DNA from: Planctomycetota bacterium
GTDB lineage: Bacteria; Planctomycetota; Planctomycetia; Pirellulales; Pirellulaceae
Length of the DNA stretch: 64,000 nt
Reading direction: 5' to 3'
Assembly (NCBI GenBank): GCA_039821165.1
Contig: JBCBOT010000001.1
Coordinates: 30,099-94,098 of the forward strand
Under the pieces are notes generated by a model. That model was given only the letters and a program-made list of their open reading frames with translations. It was not told the DNA's origin and searched no databases. This document shows positions 19,981-29,950 of this stretch, piece by piece. The stretch's first letter is position 1, and each line of letters begins with the position of its first letter. The translations under genes were made by a program, and so were the position numbers.

Positions 19981-20059
19981 CGCACGCCCACACGGTGGCT
20001 CGGGATACCCGTGGCTTGGCTAAACTGTCGAGCCCAAACCGCTGCCTCGGGTTTTCACC

Positions 20060-20782
20060 ATGGAACTGTGCGTGCGTCCACTCGCGTTTGCGTTGCTACT
20101 CGCTGCTTTGCCCCTCCCTTCCTCGTTTGCCCAAGAACCGAAGCCGGGCATTCCGACGGCTCCCTATCGTGACGTCACGATCGAAGATTGGCCCGTCCGT
20201 GTGAGCGAAAGGTTGCTGGCTGACTCACCGAAAGCGACGCAAAAGGCCCTCGACCTGCTCGCGGCTCAGATCGTTCGACTTCGCGAGGCCCTTCCTGCGA
20301 CGGCGTTCGAGAAGGTACGGCGTGTCAGGATTTGGTTCTCACCGCCCTATCCCGGCTTTGGACCCAGCGGTGAGTACCATCCCAGTGCGGGTTGGCTCCG
20401 TCGCAATGGTCGTCCGGAGGGGCTTCATCGCTGCATCGAGTTCACGAACGTCAAGCGCTTTGAGGCCGAGATCGAGCGGATGCCGGTCTTGCTACTTCAC
20501 GAAGTCGCGCATGCCTATCACGACCAACAATTGGGGTTTGATCATCCGGAAATCGTGGAGGCTTACGAGCGTGCGAAGGCCGGGGCAAAATATGAACGCG
20601 TCGAGCGTCATGATGGGGCGGTCGTGAAGCATTATGCGTTGACTAATCCGATGGAGTACTTCGCGGAGTTGAGCGAAGCCTACTTCGGCGTCAACGATTT
20701 CTTTCCTTTCAATCGCGAGCAACTCGAGGCCTACGACCCCAAGATGTTTGCGCTGCTCAAACGAGTTTGGAACACTCCATGA
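20060..20782 (+). CDS. Secreted zinc metallopeptidase (ATLF/MtfA-like zincin)
   Basis: Signal peptide; [10 protein letters not shown]...[19 protein letters not shown]. Confidence 0.8.
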   Translation: MELCVRPLAFALLLAALPLPSSFAQEPKPGIPTAPYRDVTIEDWPVRVSERLLADSPKATQKALDLLAAQIVRLREALPATAFEKVRRVRIWFSPPYPGFGPSGEYHPSAGWLRRNGRPEGLHRCIEFTNVKRFEAEIERMPVLLLHEVAHAYHDQQLGFDHPEIVEAYERAKAGAKYERVERHDGAVVKHYALTNPMEYFAELSEAYFGVNDFFPFNREQLEAYDPKMFALLKRVWNTP

Positions 20783-21882
20783 AAATCACTGGATGTGAGG
20801 TTTACCAAGTCGATCTTCCTCTGCACGAGGGCAACTACAGTTGGTCCGAAGGAAAGAGTGTCGACGTCTTTGATTCGACGGTGGTCAAAATTCTGACCGA
20901 CTCGGACGTGTTTGGTGTCGGGGAGGTCTGTCCGCTCGGACCGGTTTATTTGCCCGCGTACGCCAATGGAGCACGAACGGGAATCGCGGAGTTGTTTCCG
21001 CAATTGATTGGAGAGGACCCGACTCAGTTGCTCGCGATCAACCAGACGATGGATCGTGCGATGAAAGGTCACCCCTACGTCAAGTCGGCAATCGACATGG
21101 CCTGCTGGGACATCGTCGGCAAACTTGCGGGAATGCCGGTCTGCCATTTACTGGGGGGACGCTTCGCGGATGACTTTGTGTTGTATCGGGCCATCTCACA
21201 ACGCCCTGCGGCGGAGATGGCGGAAAACGTCGCTGGCTATCGCGCCGAGGGGTACACGCGTTTTCAGCTGAAGGTCGGCGGTGTTGCCGATGACGACATC
21301 GAACGCATTCGCGCGGTGCGTGCGATTCTCCAGCCAGAAGACAAACTGGTGGCCGACGCCAACACGGGTTGGTTGATGCACGACGCGATGCGAGTGGTCG
21401 GTGCGGTCAGTGACTTGGATGTCTACATCGAGCAACCGTGTTTGTCGTATGAGCAGTGTCTGAGTGTCAGACGGAACACCAATTTGCCATTCGTGTTAGA
21501 CGAAGTCATCGATTCGGTGGGCGCCATTCTCAAAGGCGCCGCGGATCGGGCAATGGATGTCGTCAACATCAAGATCAGCAAGTTCGGCGGCCTGACGCGT
21601 GCCCGGCAGGCGCGCGATCTGTGTGTGTCATTGGGCATCGCAATGACGCTCGAAGACAGTTGGGGCGGCGACATCATCACGGCTGCGATCTCGCATCTTG
21701 CCCACAGCACGCCGACCGATTTCTTATTCACGTCGACTGACTTCAATAGCTACGTGACGCAGCCCATCGCCGATGGAGCCCCACACCGTGACGGCGGACG
21801 AATGGCCGCGTCGACCGCCCCGGGACTCGGGGTCGACCCCAAATGGGACGTCCTCGGCGACCCAGTCTGGCGATGCGGCTGA
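20779..21882 (+). CDS. Enolase-superfamily (MR/MLE) enzyme, probable cis-3-hydroxy-L-proline dehydratase
   Basis: [12 protein letters not shown]...FDSTVV...[37 protein letters not shown]; closely resembles the characterised Labrenzia-type c3Hyp dehydratase as I recall it; ATGA overlap with the upstream gene. Confidence 0.8.
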   Translation: MKITGCEVYQVDLPLHEGNYSWSEGKSVDVFDSTVVKILTDSDVFGVGEVCPLGPVYLPAYANGARTGIAELFPQLIGEDPTQLLAINQTMDRAMKGHPYVKSAIDMACWDIVGKLAGMPVCHLLGGRFADDFVLYRAISQRPAAEMAENVAGYRAEGYTRFQLKVGGVADDDIERIRAVRAILQPEDKLVADANTGWLMHDAMRVVGAVSDLDVYIEQPCLSYEQCLSVRRNTNLPFVLDEVIDSVGAILKGAADRAMDVVNIKISKFGGLTRARQARDLCVSLGIAMTLEDSWGGDIITAAISHLAHSTPTDFLFTSTDFNSYVTQPIADGAPHRDGGRMAASTAPGLGVDPKWDVLGDPVWRCG

Positions 21883-21906
21883 GTGGACCAGCATCGAGAA
21901 CCGGCC

Positions 21907-22440
21907 TCAGTTGCCGGCGAGGATGTGGGCGTCGATTTGCTGCTCGGGACGACCTTGCACGACGCCGTGGATCCAGCGGGTGAGTTCTTCGCTTACCACC
22001 AGCTCGATCTCCGGAACTTGCCGGAACGCGAGCTTGACGGAGCTCGCGTTCACGAACCAGTCCGTTGGTGTCGCAACGATCTCTTCGTGCGGAATGAACA
22101 GCGGAGGACAAAAGGAGAAGTACCGAAAGGGGCGAGCGATACTCAGCCCGACGCCTTCGGTGTTGACCGTGACGTTCACGATCCCTCGGTAACTTTGAAA
22201 GGCGATTCCGGCTCCGAACAGAAACACGGACTCCATACGTCGCGAGGCGGCCCCTTGAATGGCCGTCTGAACGCCGTATCTGGCCGCGAGTTGTCGCCAC
22301 CGGAACGCAGCTCGATAGTGAACCGCGAGAAAGATCGCCCCCGCAATGAACGCTCCAAACCCACATCCGACGATCTGAACGGCCAGACTCGCCTCTGCCA
22401 GCAACGCCAATCGGCTTGAAACGACAAAGCAGTGGTCCAT
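21907..22440 (-). CDS. Hypothetical membrane protein
   Basis: Hydrophobic N-terminal helix, then FCPPLFIPHEEI; start uncertain. Confidence 0.6.
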   Translation of the reverse strand: MDHCFVVSSRLALLAEASLAVQIVGCGFGAFIAGAIFLAVHYRAAFRWRQLAARYGVQTAIQGAASRRMESVFLFGAGIAFQSYRGIVNVTVNTEGVGLSIARPFRYFSFCPPLFIPHEEIVATPTDWFVNASSVKLAFRQVPEIELVVSEELTRWIHGVVQGRPEQQIDAHILAGN

Positions 22441-22622
22441 TACACCGTACCCCGTTGAAAGGACTTTCTATTCGCTAGGGTAGGTCACGAATTGCAAGGA
22501 CGGATCACGAACGACGAACTGGTCGGGAAAGGTATCACACGGTTTTGACGTTCGTCTGACAATTCGCGGTCTGGTCTCTGACAGAATCCGAGCGTTGATG
22601 TTGCACGTTTCGGAGGTCAACC

Positions 22623-23309
22623 GTGTTTCTTTTCGCAAAGTTCCGCTGGCCGTTTGTCTGGTCGCTGTTAGCGTTGATCGGCTCCCTTGGGATCTTGGTC
22701 GGAGTGACGGTGTACTTTGACTCGGTGCGAACGGCCGTGTTCTTGTTGGAGAAAGGAACGCTACGTGAACACCCGCTTTGGAAGACGGCGTTCTATTTCC
22801 ACGTCGTGGGTTCCAGCGCCTGCTTGGCTGTGGGTCCTCTGCTGATGTTTCTGAGGTTAATCCGCGTTCGCCGATTCCACGCCTTCATGGGTTATGTGTA
22901 TCTGAACGCGGTTTTGTGGGTCGCCGCGCCGACGGGGCTGATTCTCAGTCCTGTTGCGAAAGCGGGATGGCCATCGGCGCTGGGATTCACCGTGACGGGG
23001 GTCCTTTGGTGGTGGTCGACTTGGCGTGGCTACCAGACGCTCGGGGAGATCGATCTACGCCCCCACATCCGTTGGATGCTGCGGTCGTACACCATCGCAC
23101 TCAGCGCGGTGTGGTTCCGAGTCGTTCATCAATTGATCGCATTCGGGCTACCGGCTGTAAGTGACTCCTCCAACTACATCGCTTCGGTTTGGTTGAGCTT
23201 GGCGATCAGTGTCTGGATCTCTGAGGCGTGCATTCATCGACATTTCGGTCGTGATCGATCGGCAACGGGCCGTGCGACACGTTCACTTGCGACACAGGAG
23301 ATTTTGTGA
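22623..23309 (+). CDS. DUF2306 membrane protein
   Basis: FYFHVVGS...FHAFMGYVY...HIRWMLRSY. Confidence 0.8.
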   Translation: MFLFAKFRWPFVWSLLALIGSLGILVGVTVYFDSVRTAVFLLEKGTLREHPLWKTAFYFHVVGSSACLAVGPLLMFLRLIRVRRFHAFMGYVYLNAVLWVAAPTGLILSPVAKAGWPSALGFTVTGVLWWWSTWRGYQTLGEIDLRPHIRWMLRSYTIALSAVWFRVVHQLIAFGLPAVSDSSNYIASVWLSLAISVWISEACIHRHFGRDRSATGRATRSLATQEIL

Positions 23310-23824
23310 TGAACCGCTACCTTTCGATTCCACTCGTTCTGACCTTGGCCGTCTTTTCCAGCGTCTGGTTTTCGCAGCGATCCAGTGGAGATCGGTTGCT
23401 AACGACCACCTTGACTTCCAAGGGTCGAGACAGGGCAAGAGAGCCTCTTCGCGAGTTGCTACCTGCGGAGGAAGTCGAAGCGATGATTCTCAAGGACTGG
23501 CCGACACTCAGTCCCCGCGAGCTCTTTTCACGCCGCGTACCAACGATGATGTACCATGCTCGGCTGATCGCGGAGCCCCAGCGTCAACCGAGCACGCATT
23601 TTCTCTGGGATCTCGAGGTCACCGTGTTTTCGGAAGAGCACCACTATCCGATTCATGTCGACCGAGAGAGCGGTACCGCGCACGTTTTCGCCGACAACCA
23701 ATGGCTGCCATACGACGCCTGGCGTATCAATGCTCAAGCAGGCGGCCTGATCCCGGGGGTCGAAAACGTTGAAACGGAAGTATTTGTACCCGGGAACGTG
23801 CCCGGCTCAGGCGTTGACACCTGA
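23306..23824 (+). CDS. Hypothetical protein with N-terminal anchor
   Basis: Overlaps the DUF2306 stop; hydrophobic N-terminus. Confidence 0.6.
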   Translation: MMNRYLSIPLVLTLAVFSSVWFSQRSSGDRLLTTTLTSKGRDRAREPLRELLPAEEVEAMILKDWPTLSPRELFSRRVPTMMYHARLIAEPQRQPSTHFLWDLEVTVFSEEHHYPIHVDRESGTAHVFADNQWLPYDAWRINAQAGGLIPGVENVETEVFVPGNVPGSGVDT

Positions 23825-23830
23825 TTGCGA

Positions 23831-25720
23831 TCAATCAACGACGCGCGCGGTTCCTTCCAGTTCGTTGAGGGCGCGATTGATAACGCGAACGCGATACTTT
23901 CCGTTGGAGTTGAATCCATTGGTGTACTTCAATCCGGAACGCATTTGCTGAAGGACCGGTCGTGCTTGTTCATCAATTTCATCAAGCACGATCGCGGCGT
24001 GCAGGCGTTCCCACTGGGCACCGGAGGTCATTTCGTCGATCAAGACCGACAACGCTTTCTCGGGTGCATCCATTCGGCAAAGTGCCCGTGCGGCTGCGGT
24101 GCGGACGGCAGACGAATCATCCCCGAGCATCGGCATGACGACCGATTGAGCCGACTTTTTTGCTTGTTTCCCGATATTGCCGATGCCCACGGCCGCCCAA
24201 TAGCGAACCACACTGTCGGCGTCGCTCGCGCGTTCCGTCAACTGCTCGAGGACGTCGATGCCTTCGGAGGCCATCACGGCGGTTTCAGCGATTCGAGCGT
24301 TGACCGCCTCCCGCCCAGGTTGCCGCAGGATTTCGTACTCGCTGCCGACCGATGCGCGGCGCTCGTGAATGATCGGTTCGGGGATCAATCCGAGGTCCCC
24401 CGTTTCCCGCACCCAAGCCAGATGAGCTTCGCGCATTCGCGTGAGCACCGGCGCGTAGCTCGCGTCTTCGGCGAGATTATGGATCTGGTGTGGATCAACG
24501 TTGCAGTCATAGAGTTCTTCGACAGGCTTGGTGGCAGAGAAAAGATGCTCGGCCTCGGGCGGCAGTTGGCCGGCCTCGTGCAGACGTCGCAACTCGCGCA
24601 TCGTGGCGCCCTTTTCGGGCGTGTTCATGTATTGATAGAAGGTCTTGAGCGGCTCGTAGTTGCGGATGTAACGAAAACGTTTGTCGCGGACGGTGCGAAT
24701 GATGTCGTATCGCTCGTCCATCCGATCACGGGCACCGTAGACATAGTCACGGGGCTCGCCGGCGCCCGCCCCAAGAAAGGCGCGACCTTGCACTTCGCTG
24801 GGCACGCTCACCCCCGCGAGGCTCAGCACCGTGGGGCCAAAGTCGATTGAGCTGACGAGCTGATCGGAAACGGAACCGGGGCTGGCTTGGCCCGCCTCTC
24901 GATACGCTTCCGGGATTCGCACAACCAGCGGAATCTGCGTCCCTGAGTCATAGAGCCAGCGTTTGGCTCGCGGCAAACCGACGCCATGGTCGGACCAGTA
25001 CATGATGATCGTGTTTTCATAGAGGCCGTCCTCTTTGAGTTGATCGATGAGTTCCCCGGCCCAATGATCCATCGCGGTGATCAGTTCATAATTGCGTTTC
25101 CAGTCCTCGCGGATGACGGGCGTGTCCGCGTAGTAAGGCGGCAGAGGAAGTGACTGGGGATTTTGGCGTTCGGCGGCGGTAAGGCTTTTGGTCACCGACT
25201 CGTACTTCGACTTTTTTGCGATCCCCGATTCGTGACATCCGGTGAAATTGAAAACGGCGAAGAAGGGTTGGTCGGCCTTCTTACGTTTGCGCCAATGTGC
25301 CTTGCCCGAGGAGTCATCCCAAGTGCCTTTGGGTGTCTCGAATTGGTAGTCCTGCTTTGAGTTGTTCGAACAGTAATAGCCGGCTTGACGCAAATAGGTC
25401 GGAAACGGCTTGATCGAATCGGGAAGCTTGGCGGTGCAACGCATGTGGTGCGTCCCGAGTGTGGTCTGATACAGGCCGGTGATGATTCCGCTTCGGCAAG
25501 GCGCGCAGACGCCGGCGGTCGTGAACGCGTTGGAGAATCGCACGCCTTCGGTTGCCAGTCGATCGATCCGCGGGGTGATCGCGTGTTCGTCGCCATAGCA
25601 GCCCAGGTGCGGACTAATGTCTTCGCAAGACAGCCAGAGAATGTTGGGCCTGCGTTCGCTCGCGTTCGCAGAGAAACCGCTAGCGAAACAGATCAGACAG
25701 ATTGCAACGAGCAGACGCAT
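23831..25720 (-). CDS. Sulfatase (S1) with C-terminal HEAT repeats
   Basis: RPNILWLSCED, CAPCRSGIITG (CxPxR formylglycine motif), SDHG; start MRLLV at 25720. Confidence 0.92.
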   Translation of the reverse strand: MRLLVAICLICFASGFSANASERRPNILWLSCEDISPHLGCYGDEHAITPRIDRLATEGVRFSNAFTTAGVCAPCRSGIITGLYQTTLGTHHMRCTAKLPDSIKPFPTYLRQAGYYCSNNSKQDYQFETPKGTWDDSSGKAHWRKRKKADQPFFAVFNFTGCHESGIAKKSKYESVTKSLTAAERQNPQSLPLPPYYADTPVIREDWKRNYELITAMDHWAGELIDQLKEDGLYENTIIMYWSDHGVGLPRAKRWLYDSGTQIPLVVRIPEAYREAGQASPGSVSDQLVSSIDFGPTVLSLAGVSVPSEVQGRAFLGAGAGEPRDYVYGARDRMDERYDIIRTVRDKRFRYIRNYEPLKTFYQYMNTPEKGATMRELRRLHEAGQLPPEAEHLFSATKPVEELYDCNVDPHQIHNLAEDASYAPVLTRMREAHLAWVRETGDLGLIPEPIIHERRASVGSEYEILRQPGREAVNARIAETAVMASEGIDVLEQLTERASDADSVVRYWAAVGIGNIGKQAKKSAQSVVMPMLGDDSSAVRTAAARALCRMDAPEKALSVLIDEMTSGAQWERLHAAIVLDEIDEQARPVLQQMRSGLKYTNGFNSNGKYRVRVINRALNELEGTARVVD

Positions 25721-26045
25721 TGAAACGGAGCCCTGGTTCGGTGGGACAAACGGGTGTGCGGCCACATGATATGCCAAGCTGCGGCCGCGCTCGAAAGAAT
25801 TCGGGTTGCCGAACCGGAGCGATTGCGTTCTGCCGTTCAAAACAGTAGCGGGACAGCGCGAGCCGTCCAGTGTCACCCTAATGTTCAATTGGAACAAAGC
25901 ACCAAGCGTTGGAATCGCGACAATCGGAACGTCTCGCATCACACGAACTCAAGACCGCACATCACGGACCACCGCGACGCATTCGGCGAAGCGCCGTCAC
26001 AAGTGACGTAGGCTTCTCGGACCACACACCCCCGGAGTTCTACCG

Positions 26046-26483
26046 ATGCCGAATCTACGCACCTTGCAAGCCGAATTGCTGAACGACAATCGAATCACTT
26101 TCGACGAAGTCAATAAGATCAAAGCGCACATCGAATCCGATGGGCAACTCGATCATGAAGATGTGAAGTTTCTCGTCGAGTTGATGTCGAATGCCGAGTC
26201 GGTTTGCCCCGAGTTCGACCGACTCTTCTTCCCGGCACTCCGTGCGGTTCTGCTCGAAGACGGAAAGATCGGACTCGACGAGCAGTACCAATTGCTTCGC
26301 ATGCTGTACGCCGATGGGCACGTCCGAGATTCCGAAAAGCAGTTCATTCAAGACTTGTACCATTCGGTCGACGAACGCACTCCTGAGTTTGAAGAGCTTT
26401 GCGAAACGGCAATGGGTAGCCCCGCCAAAGACTGGTGCACCGGTGGCCGAGCCTTCGGATCTTCCGCTGACGCCTCGGCGTAG
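26046..26483 (+). CDS. TerB-like small protein
   Basis: Four D(N/G)-x-(I/L/V)-xxx-(E/D) motifs in a helical protein. Confidence 0.6.
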   Translation: MPNLRTLQAELLNDNRITFDEVNKIKAHIESDGQLDHEDVKFLVELMSNAESVCPEFDRLFFPALRAVLLEDGKIGLDEQYQLLRMLYADGHVRDSEKQFIQDLYHSVDERTPEFEELCETAMGSPAKDWCTGGRAFGSSADASA

Positions 26484-26567
26484 CCACTCGACCACTGCCG
26501 TTGCATCGGCTCGGGCCCTGCGTGAAACTAGGCCGGAACCGTCCTGACCGCAGAAGCCGTCGCGCTG

Positions 26568-27113
26568 ATGAATCCGCCCTCCGAGCAGCAACCGCTTCGC
26601 CTTTCAAAACCGATGATCGTCATCGGTCTCGGTATCCTGTTGCTAGCCGCGTTTGACTCGTCTCAACCATCGATCGAGAGCACGCGGTTCGCATTCGGAA
26701 GCGACGTCAAACCGTCGATCGGCCGACTCAGCGGACCGCGTACTGAGTTCCCTGCGCTCGGTCTCGCGATTGTCCCGCAAGGCGACTTTCGTTTCTTCCG
26801 TGTCGATGGGATCGGTGGCGGGCCAAACGCGACCCTTGCATTTTCCAACGTGTCCGCTGGTTTGATTGGTCGTATCCAGCGTTTCGATCCTTTGAGAGAA
26901 GACTCGTCGGGGCCGAGTTCCACCGATGCGGCGGTGTTGTGGGACACACCCCAAATGGATCGTGGGTCGGGAGTCAAAATCCACGTCGGCAGGTGCTTGA
27001 TCGGCCAACATCGCTTTCGTGTTACAGTTCACGAACTCTTGCCAGGCACGGCCAGCCCTGCGGGCGAGTCGCGTGTGCTGGCGGACCTCATCGACAGTTT
27101 CGAGCCGCTCTGA
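26568..27113 (+). CDS. Hypothetical anchored or secreted protein
   Basis: Hydrophobic N-terminal segment; co-oriented with neighbours. Confidence 0.55.
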   Translation: MNPPSEQQPLRLSKPMIVIGLGILLLAAFDSSQPSIESTRFAFGSDVKPSIGRLSGPRTEFPALGLAIVPQGDFRFFRVDGIGGGPNATLAFSNVSAGLIGRIQRFDPLREDSSGPSSTDAAVLWDTPQMDRGSGVKIHVGRCLIGQHRFRVTVHELLPGTASPAGESRVLADLIDSFEPL

Positions 27114-27286
27114 GCGACCTGAAACACTCCGAGTGCGATTTATTGCCTGTTTCTGAGTCGGAGTGCCGGGTTGATTGACCGATTTCGAGATTGACAAGAT
27201 AGTGGTTGCTGTCGGTAAAGTCTCCGCAAACCCCCTAGTCTTCAGCGGTCGGTCTGTCCCGCTGACCCAACGGCATCGAGAAAATC

Positions 27287-29131
27287 ATGATTCGCAAAGT
27301 CCTCAGTGTTGCCTGCGTGATCGCCCTCTCGACTCAGCAATCGCCCGGGCAAACCGATGCCCTCGGCGGACGAACAGTGGCCGCATCGATCGCGCGAGCG
27401 GCTGCGGATTCGGTTGACGCGCTGGACCCGAATCGTATCGCGGAGATCGAACCTGCGACCGACGCGTTTCTGATGGCCGTGGAATCGCTTCGCGGCCATC
27501 TCTCGCGAACGGCGGATCCCTCCAACGCCGATGCATGGATTCGCTACCTGGGTATCGATGACGTCGTGGAGGGAATTGAAGACGATGTTTCAGAGGCCGC
27601 GCTGGCGAAGTTGGCATTCACGACATCGAAGCGTGGCGTGGGGATCCACCCTGGCTTGGAGATCGACGCGGTGGTCCGCGTCCGGGACGCTGCCTCGGAT
27701 CTGAGTAACGCACTCAGGTTTCGCAAACGTGAAGCGATCACCAAAGTGCTCGCCAAACGTCTTGGGTTGCTCGCGGAGGAGTGGGCATCCGTCGGTTCCG
27801 TGCCCTCGGCGAGCGAGAACGAGGGCCTGCGTTTGATTCTCGGTTTACTCGAAAAGACGGGTCAGGACGTTCCGCTCACCGCGCGAACACGATCACTCTA
27901 TCGCTACCCCAATTTGCAGGTGTTGGTCAGCGGCCGGTCGATCGAAGAGGTCGTTCGTCGTCCCGTCGATCAACCTTCTCCTGTGCGCGATTGCATTCTC
28001 GGGACGCGATTGATCGGAAACGCAAGACTCTGCGGTGATGTCACGGCCATTTTGATGCCCTCGATCGGCAGCGTTCGAATGCAACTGGTCATGAACGGCA
28101 CCGTTGAATCACGGAACACCGGCTACAACGGGCCGGTCCGACTCCAGACATCCAGCCAAGGCCAAGTCCAAGCGACCCGTTCGATGACGATCACGGAATC
28201 GGGCGTCACACTCGATCCGGTTTCGACATCCGGAACGCTGCGATCTCAAGTCAACCGCATTGAGCATCGCTTGCGAATCGTCCGTCGGATCGCGCGACGC
28301 AAAGCGGCCGAACAAAAACCACTCTCAGAGTCGATCGCTAAACGCAAGATGTTAGATCGAGTCGCCGATGGATTCGCCGAGCAGACCGATGCGGCGGTGT
28401 CCAAACCGATGCCGGACTTGATGGCTCAGGCCCGACCGTGGCTTCGACGGCTGGATCTTGCGGAGCCGACTCGGTTGATCGGTTCGACGAGCGATTCCGT
28501 TTATCTGACGGGCACGGTCCGGCGTGACGAGCAGCTCGCGTCGGCCACGCCGCCACCGCCGGTAAGCCCGCTTTACGACGCCGCCTTCCAAATTCACGAA
28601 TCACTCATCAACAACACGGCCGGCCCGATCCTCGGCGGACGAACGATGACCCGAAGCGAACTCGCGGCTTTGGCTCAGAAAGCTGGAAACGCACCACAAG
28701 CGGCTCCCGAGGAAGAAGACTTTGAACTCGACTTCGATCCGGTACGACCGATCATCTTTGAAGCTCGCGACGGCAAGCTTCGGGTCGGCATTCGCATGAC
28801 TCGTTTCAAGCAAGGGAAAACGGAACGTCGACAGACACTCGAGGTCACCGCAACCTATCAGCCCGTCTACACCACGACGGGTCAAGTGATGCTTGAGCGC
28901 GTCGGCGACGCGAAAGTAGATTTCCCCGGCAAGAAGAAAGTCGGCATTCGCGAAGCCGGTTTGCGAGGAGCCGTCAAAGACTCGATCGCCGAAGCCTTTC
29001 CTTCGGTGTTGCTCGACCAACCGATCCTTTTGCCGGCGGACTTCAAGCTTCCCGCGTTGGCGAATCAACAGCTCTCGGTGCGGCAGTTCGAAGCCCGCGA
29101 AGGCTGGCTGACGGTTGGCGTCGGCCGCTAG
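27287..29131 (+). CDS. Secreted conserved hypothetical protein (planctomycete type)
   Basis: 614-aa ORF with signal peptide, helical N-half and beta-rich C-half. Confidence 0.75.
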   Translation: MIRKVLSVACVIALSTQQSPGQTDALGGRTVAASIARAAADSVDALDPNRIAEIEPATDAFLMAVESLRGHLSRTADPSNADAWIRYLGIDDVVEGIEDDVSEAALAKLAFTTSKRGVGIHPGLEIDAVVRVRDAASDLSNALRFRKREAITKVLAKRLGLLAEEWASVGSVPSASENEGLRLILGLLEKTGQDVPLTARTRSLYRYPNLQVLVSGRSIEEVVRRPVDQPSPVRDCILGTRLIGNARLCGDVTAILMPSIGSVRMQLVMNGTVESRNTGYNGPVRLQTSSQGQVQATRSMTITESGVTLDPVSTSGTLRSQVNRIEHRLRIVRRIARRKAAEQKPLSESIAKRKMLDRVADGFAEQTDAAVSKPMPDLMAQARPWLRRLDLAEPTRLIGSTSDSVYLTGTVRRDEQLASATPPPPVSPLYDAAFQIHESLINNTAGPILGGRTMTRSELAALAQKAGNAPQAAPEEEDFELDFDPVRPIIFEARDGKLRVGIRMTRFKQGKTERRQTLEVTATYQPVYTTTGQVMLERVGDAKVDFPGKKKVGIREAGLRGAVKDSIAEAFPSVLLDQPILLPADFKLPALANQQLSVRQFEAREGWLTVGVGR

Positions 29132-29150
29132 CCGGCGCTAGCCCGCCCGA

Positions 29151-29762
29151 TCATCTTTCTTTCACGCGAATGTTCTTGAAGAACACCTTCATGTGGTGGT
29201 TCGCATGGAGCTGCAATCCGATGGGGCCTTCGTCGCTGAGAACGACGCCGGTGTAATCGACGAAGGGCTCACCATTGAGGAACGTTTGAATCCGTTTCCC
29301 GGTGACGATGACCTTGAGACGATTCCACTCGCCGACTTTGTGAAAGGCCTCAATTTTATCGGTCTTCCCCGGATAGCTTCCCCGTTTGTCTTTGGGTGCG
29401 TAGATGCACCCGGTCATGTCCTTTTTGAGGCTGCCTGAAATTCCGATTTGCACTTGGTGACCGTCACCACGGACGAACACTCCGGTGTCGTAATAGTCCG
29501 AAGGCGTTTGGTACTCGAGTTCCAGTTCGTAGTCGCGATACGTCTTTCTTGTCCAAAGGTTCGAGCCTTGCTTGTCGGGATTCTCGGCGACGATCTGGCC
29601 GTCCACGACTTTCCAGGCTTCGGCGATGTCACTCTTCTTGGACCGCACCTCCCAACCGTCCAGTGACTTACCGTCGAACAGAGGGATCCAATCGTCGGCA
29701 TGAACGAAGGGACCAAGGAACACAAGAGCGAGGGCGATCGGGACGAGACGCGGAATTTTCAT
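29151..29762 (-). CDS. DUF1080 / 3-keto-disaccharide hydrolase family protein
   Basis: WIPLFDGKSLDGW...WNRLKV...GPIGLQLH. Confidence 0.9.
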   Translation of the reverse strand: MKIPRLVPIALALVFLGPFVHADDWIPLFDGKSLDGWEVRSKKSDIAEAWKVVDGQIVAENPDKQGSNLWTRKTYRDYELELEYQTPSDYYDTGVFVRGDGHQVQIGISGSLKKDMTGCIYAPKDKRGSYPGKTDKIEAFHKVGEWNRLKVIVTGKRIQTFLNGEPFVDYTGVVLSDEGPIGLQLHANHHMKVFFKNIRVKER

Positions 29763-29950
29763 AGCGGCGAACGTTGGTCAGGGAGGAAACGTGTCACCCC
29801 CGATTCTACACCAGTGCTCGACCGCTTCGAGTTCACGTAGCCCGATCCACCCGGCACATCCGATCCGCCCGCGAGGACGCTGTGATCGCGTCGCCGCACT
29901 CGATGTGCGCCGGGCTACGATTGGCCGACTCGATGAAAACCGGGCCGAGA

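Noticed and set aside
23825-24850. Long antisense ORFs (also 14087..14947, 16155..17168, 36279..36998, 52558..53379)
   Set aside because: They lie opposite well-supported genes; expected shadows in GC-rich coding DNA
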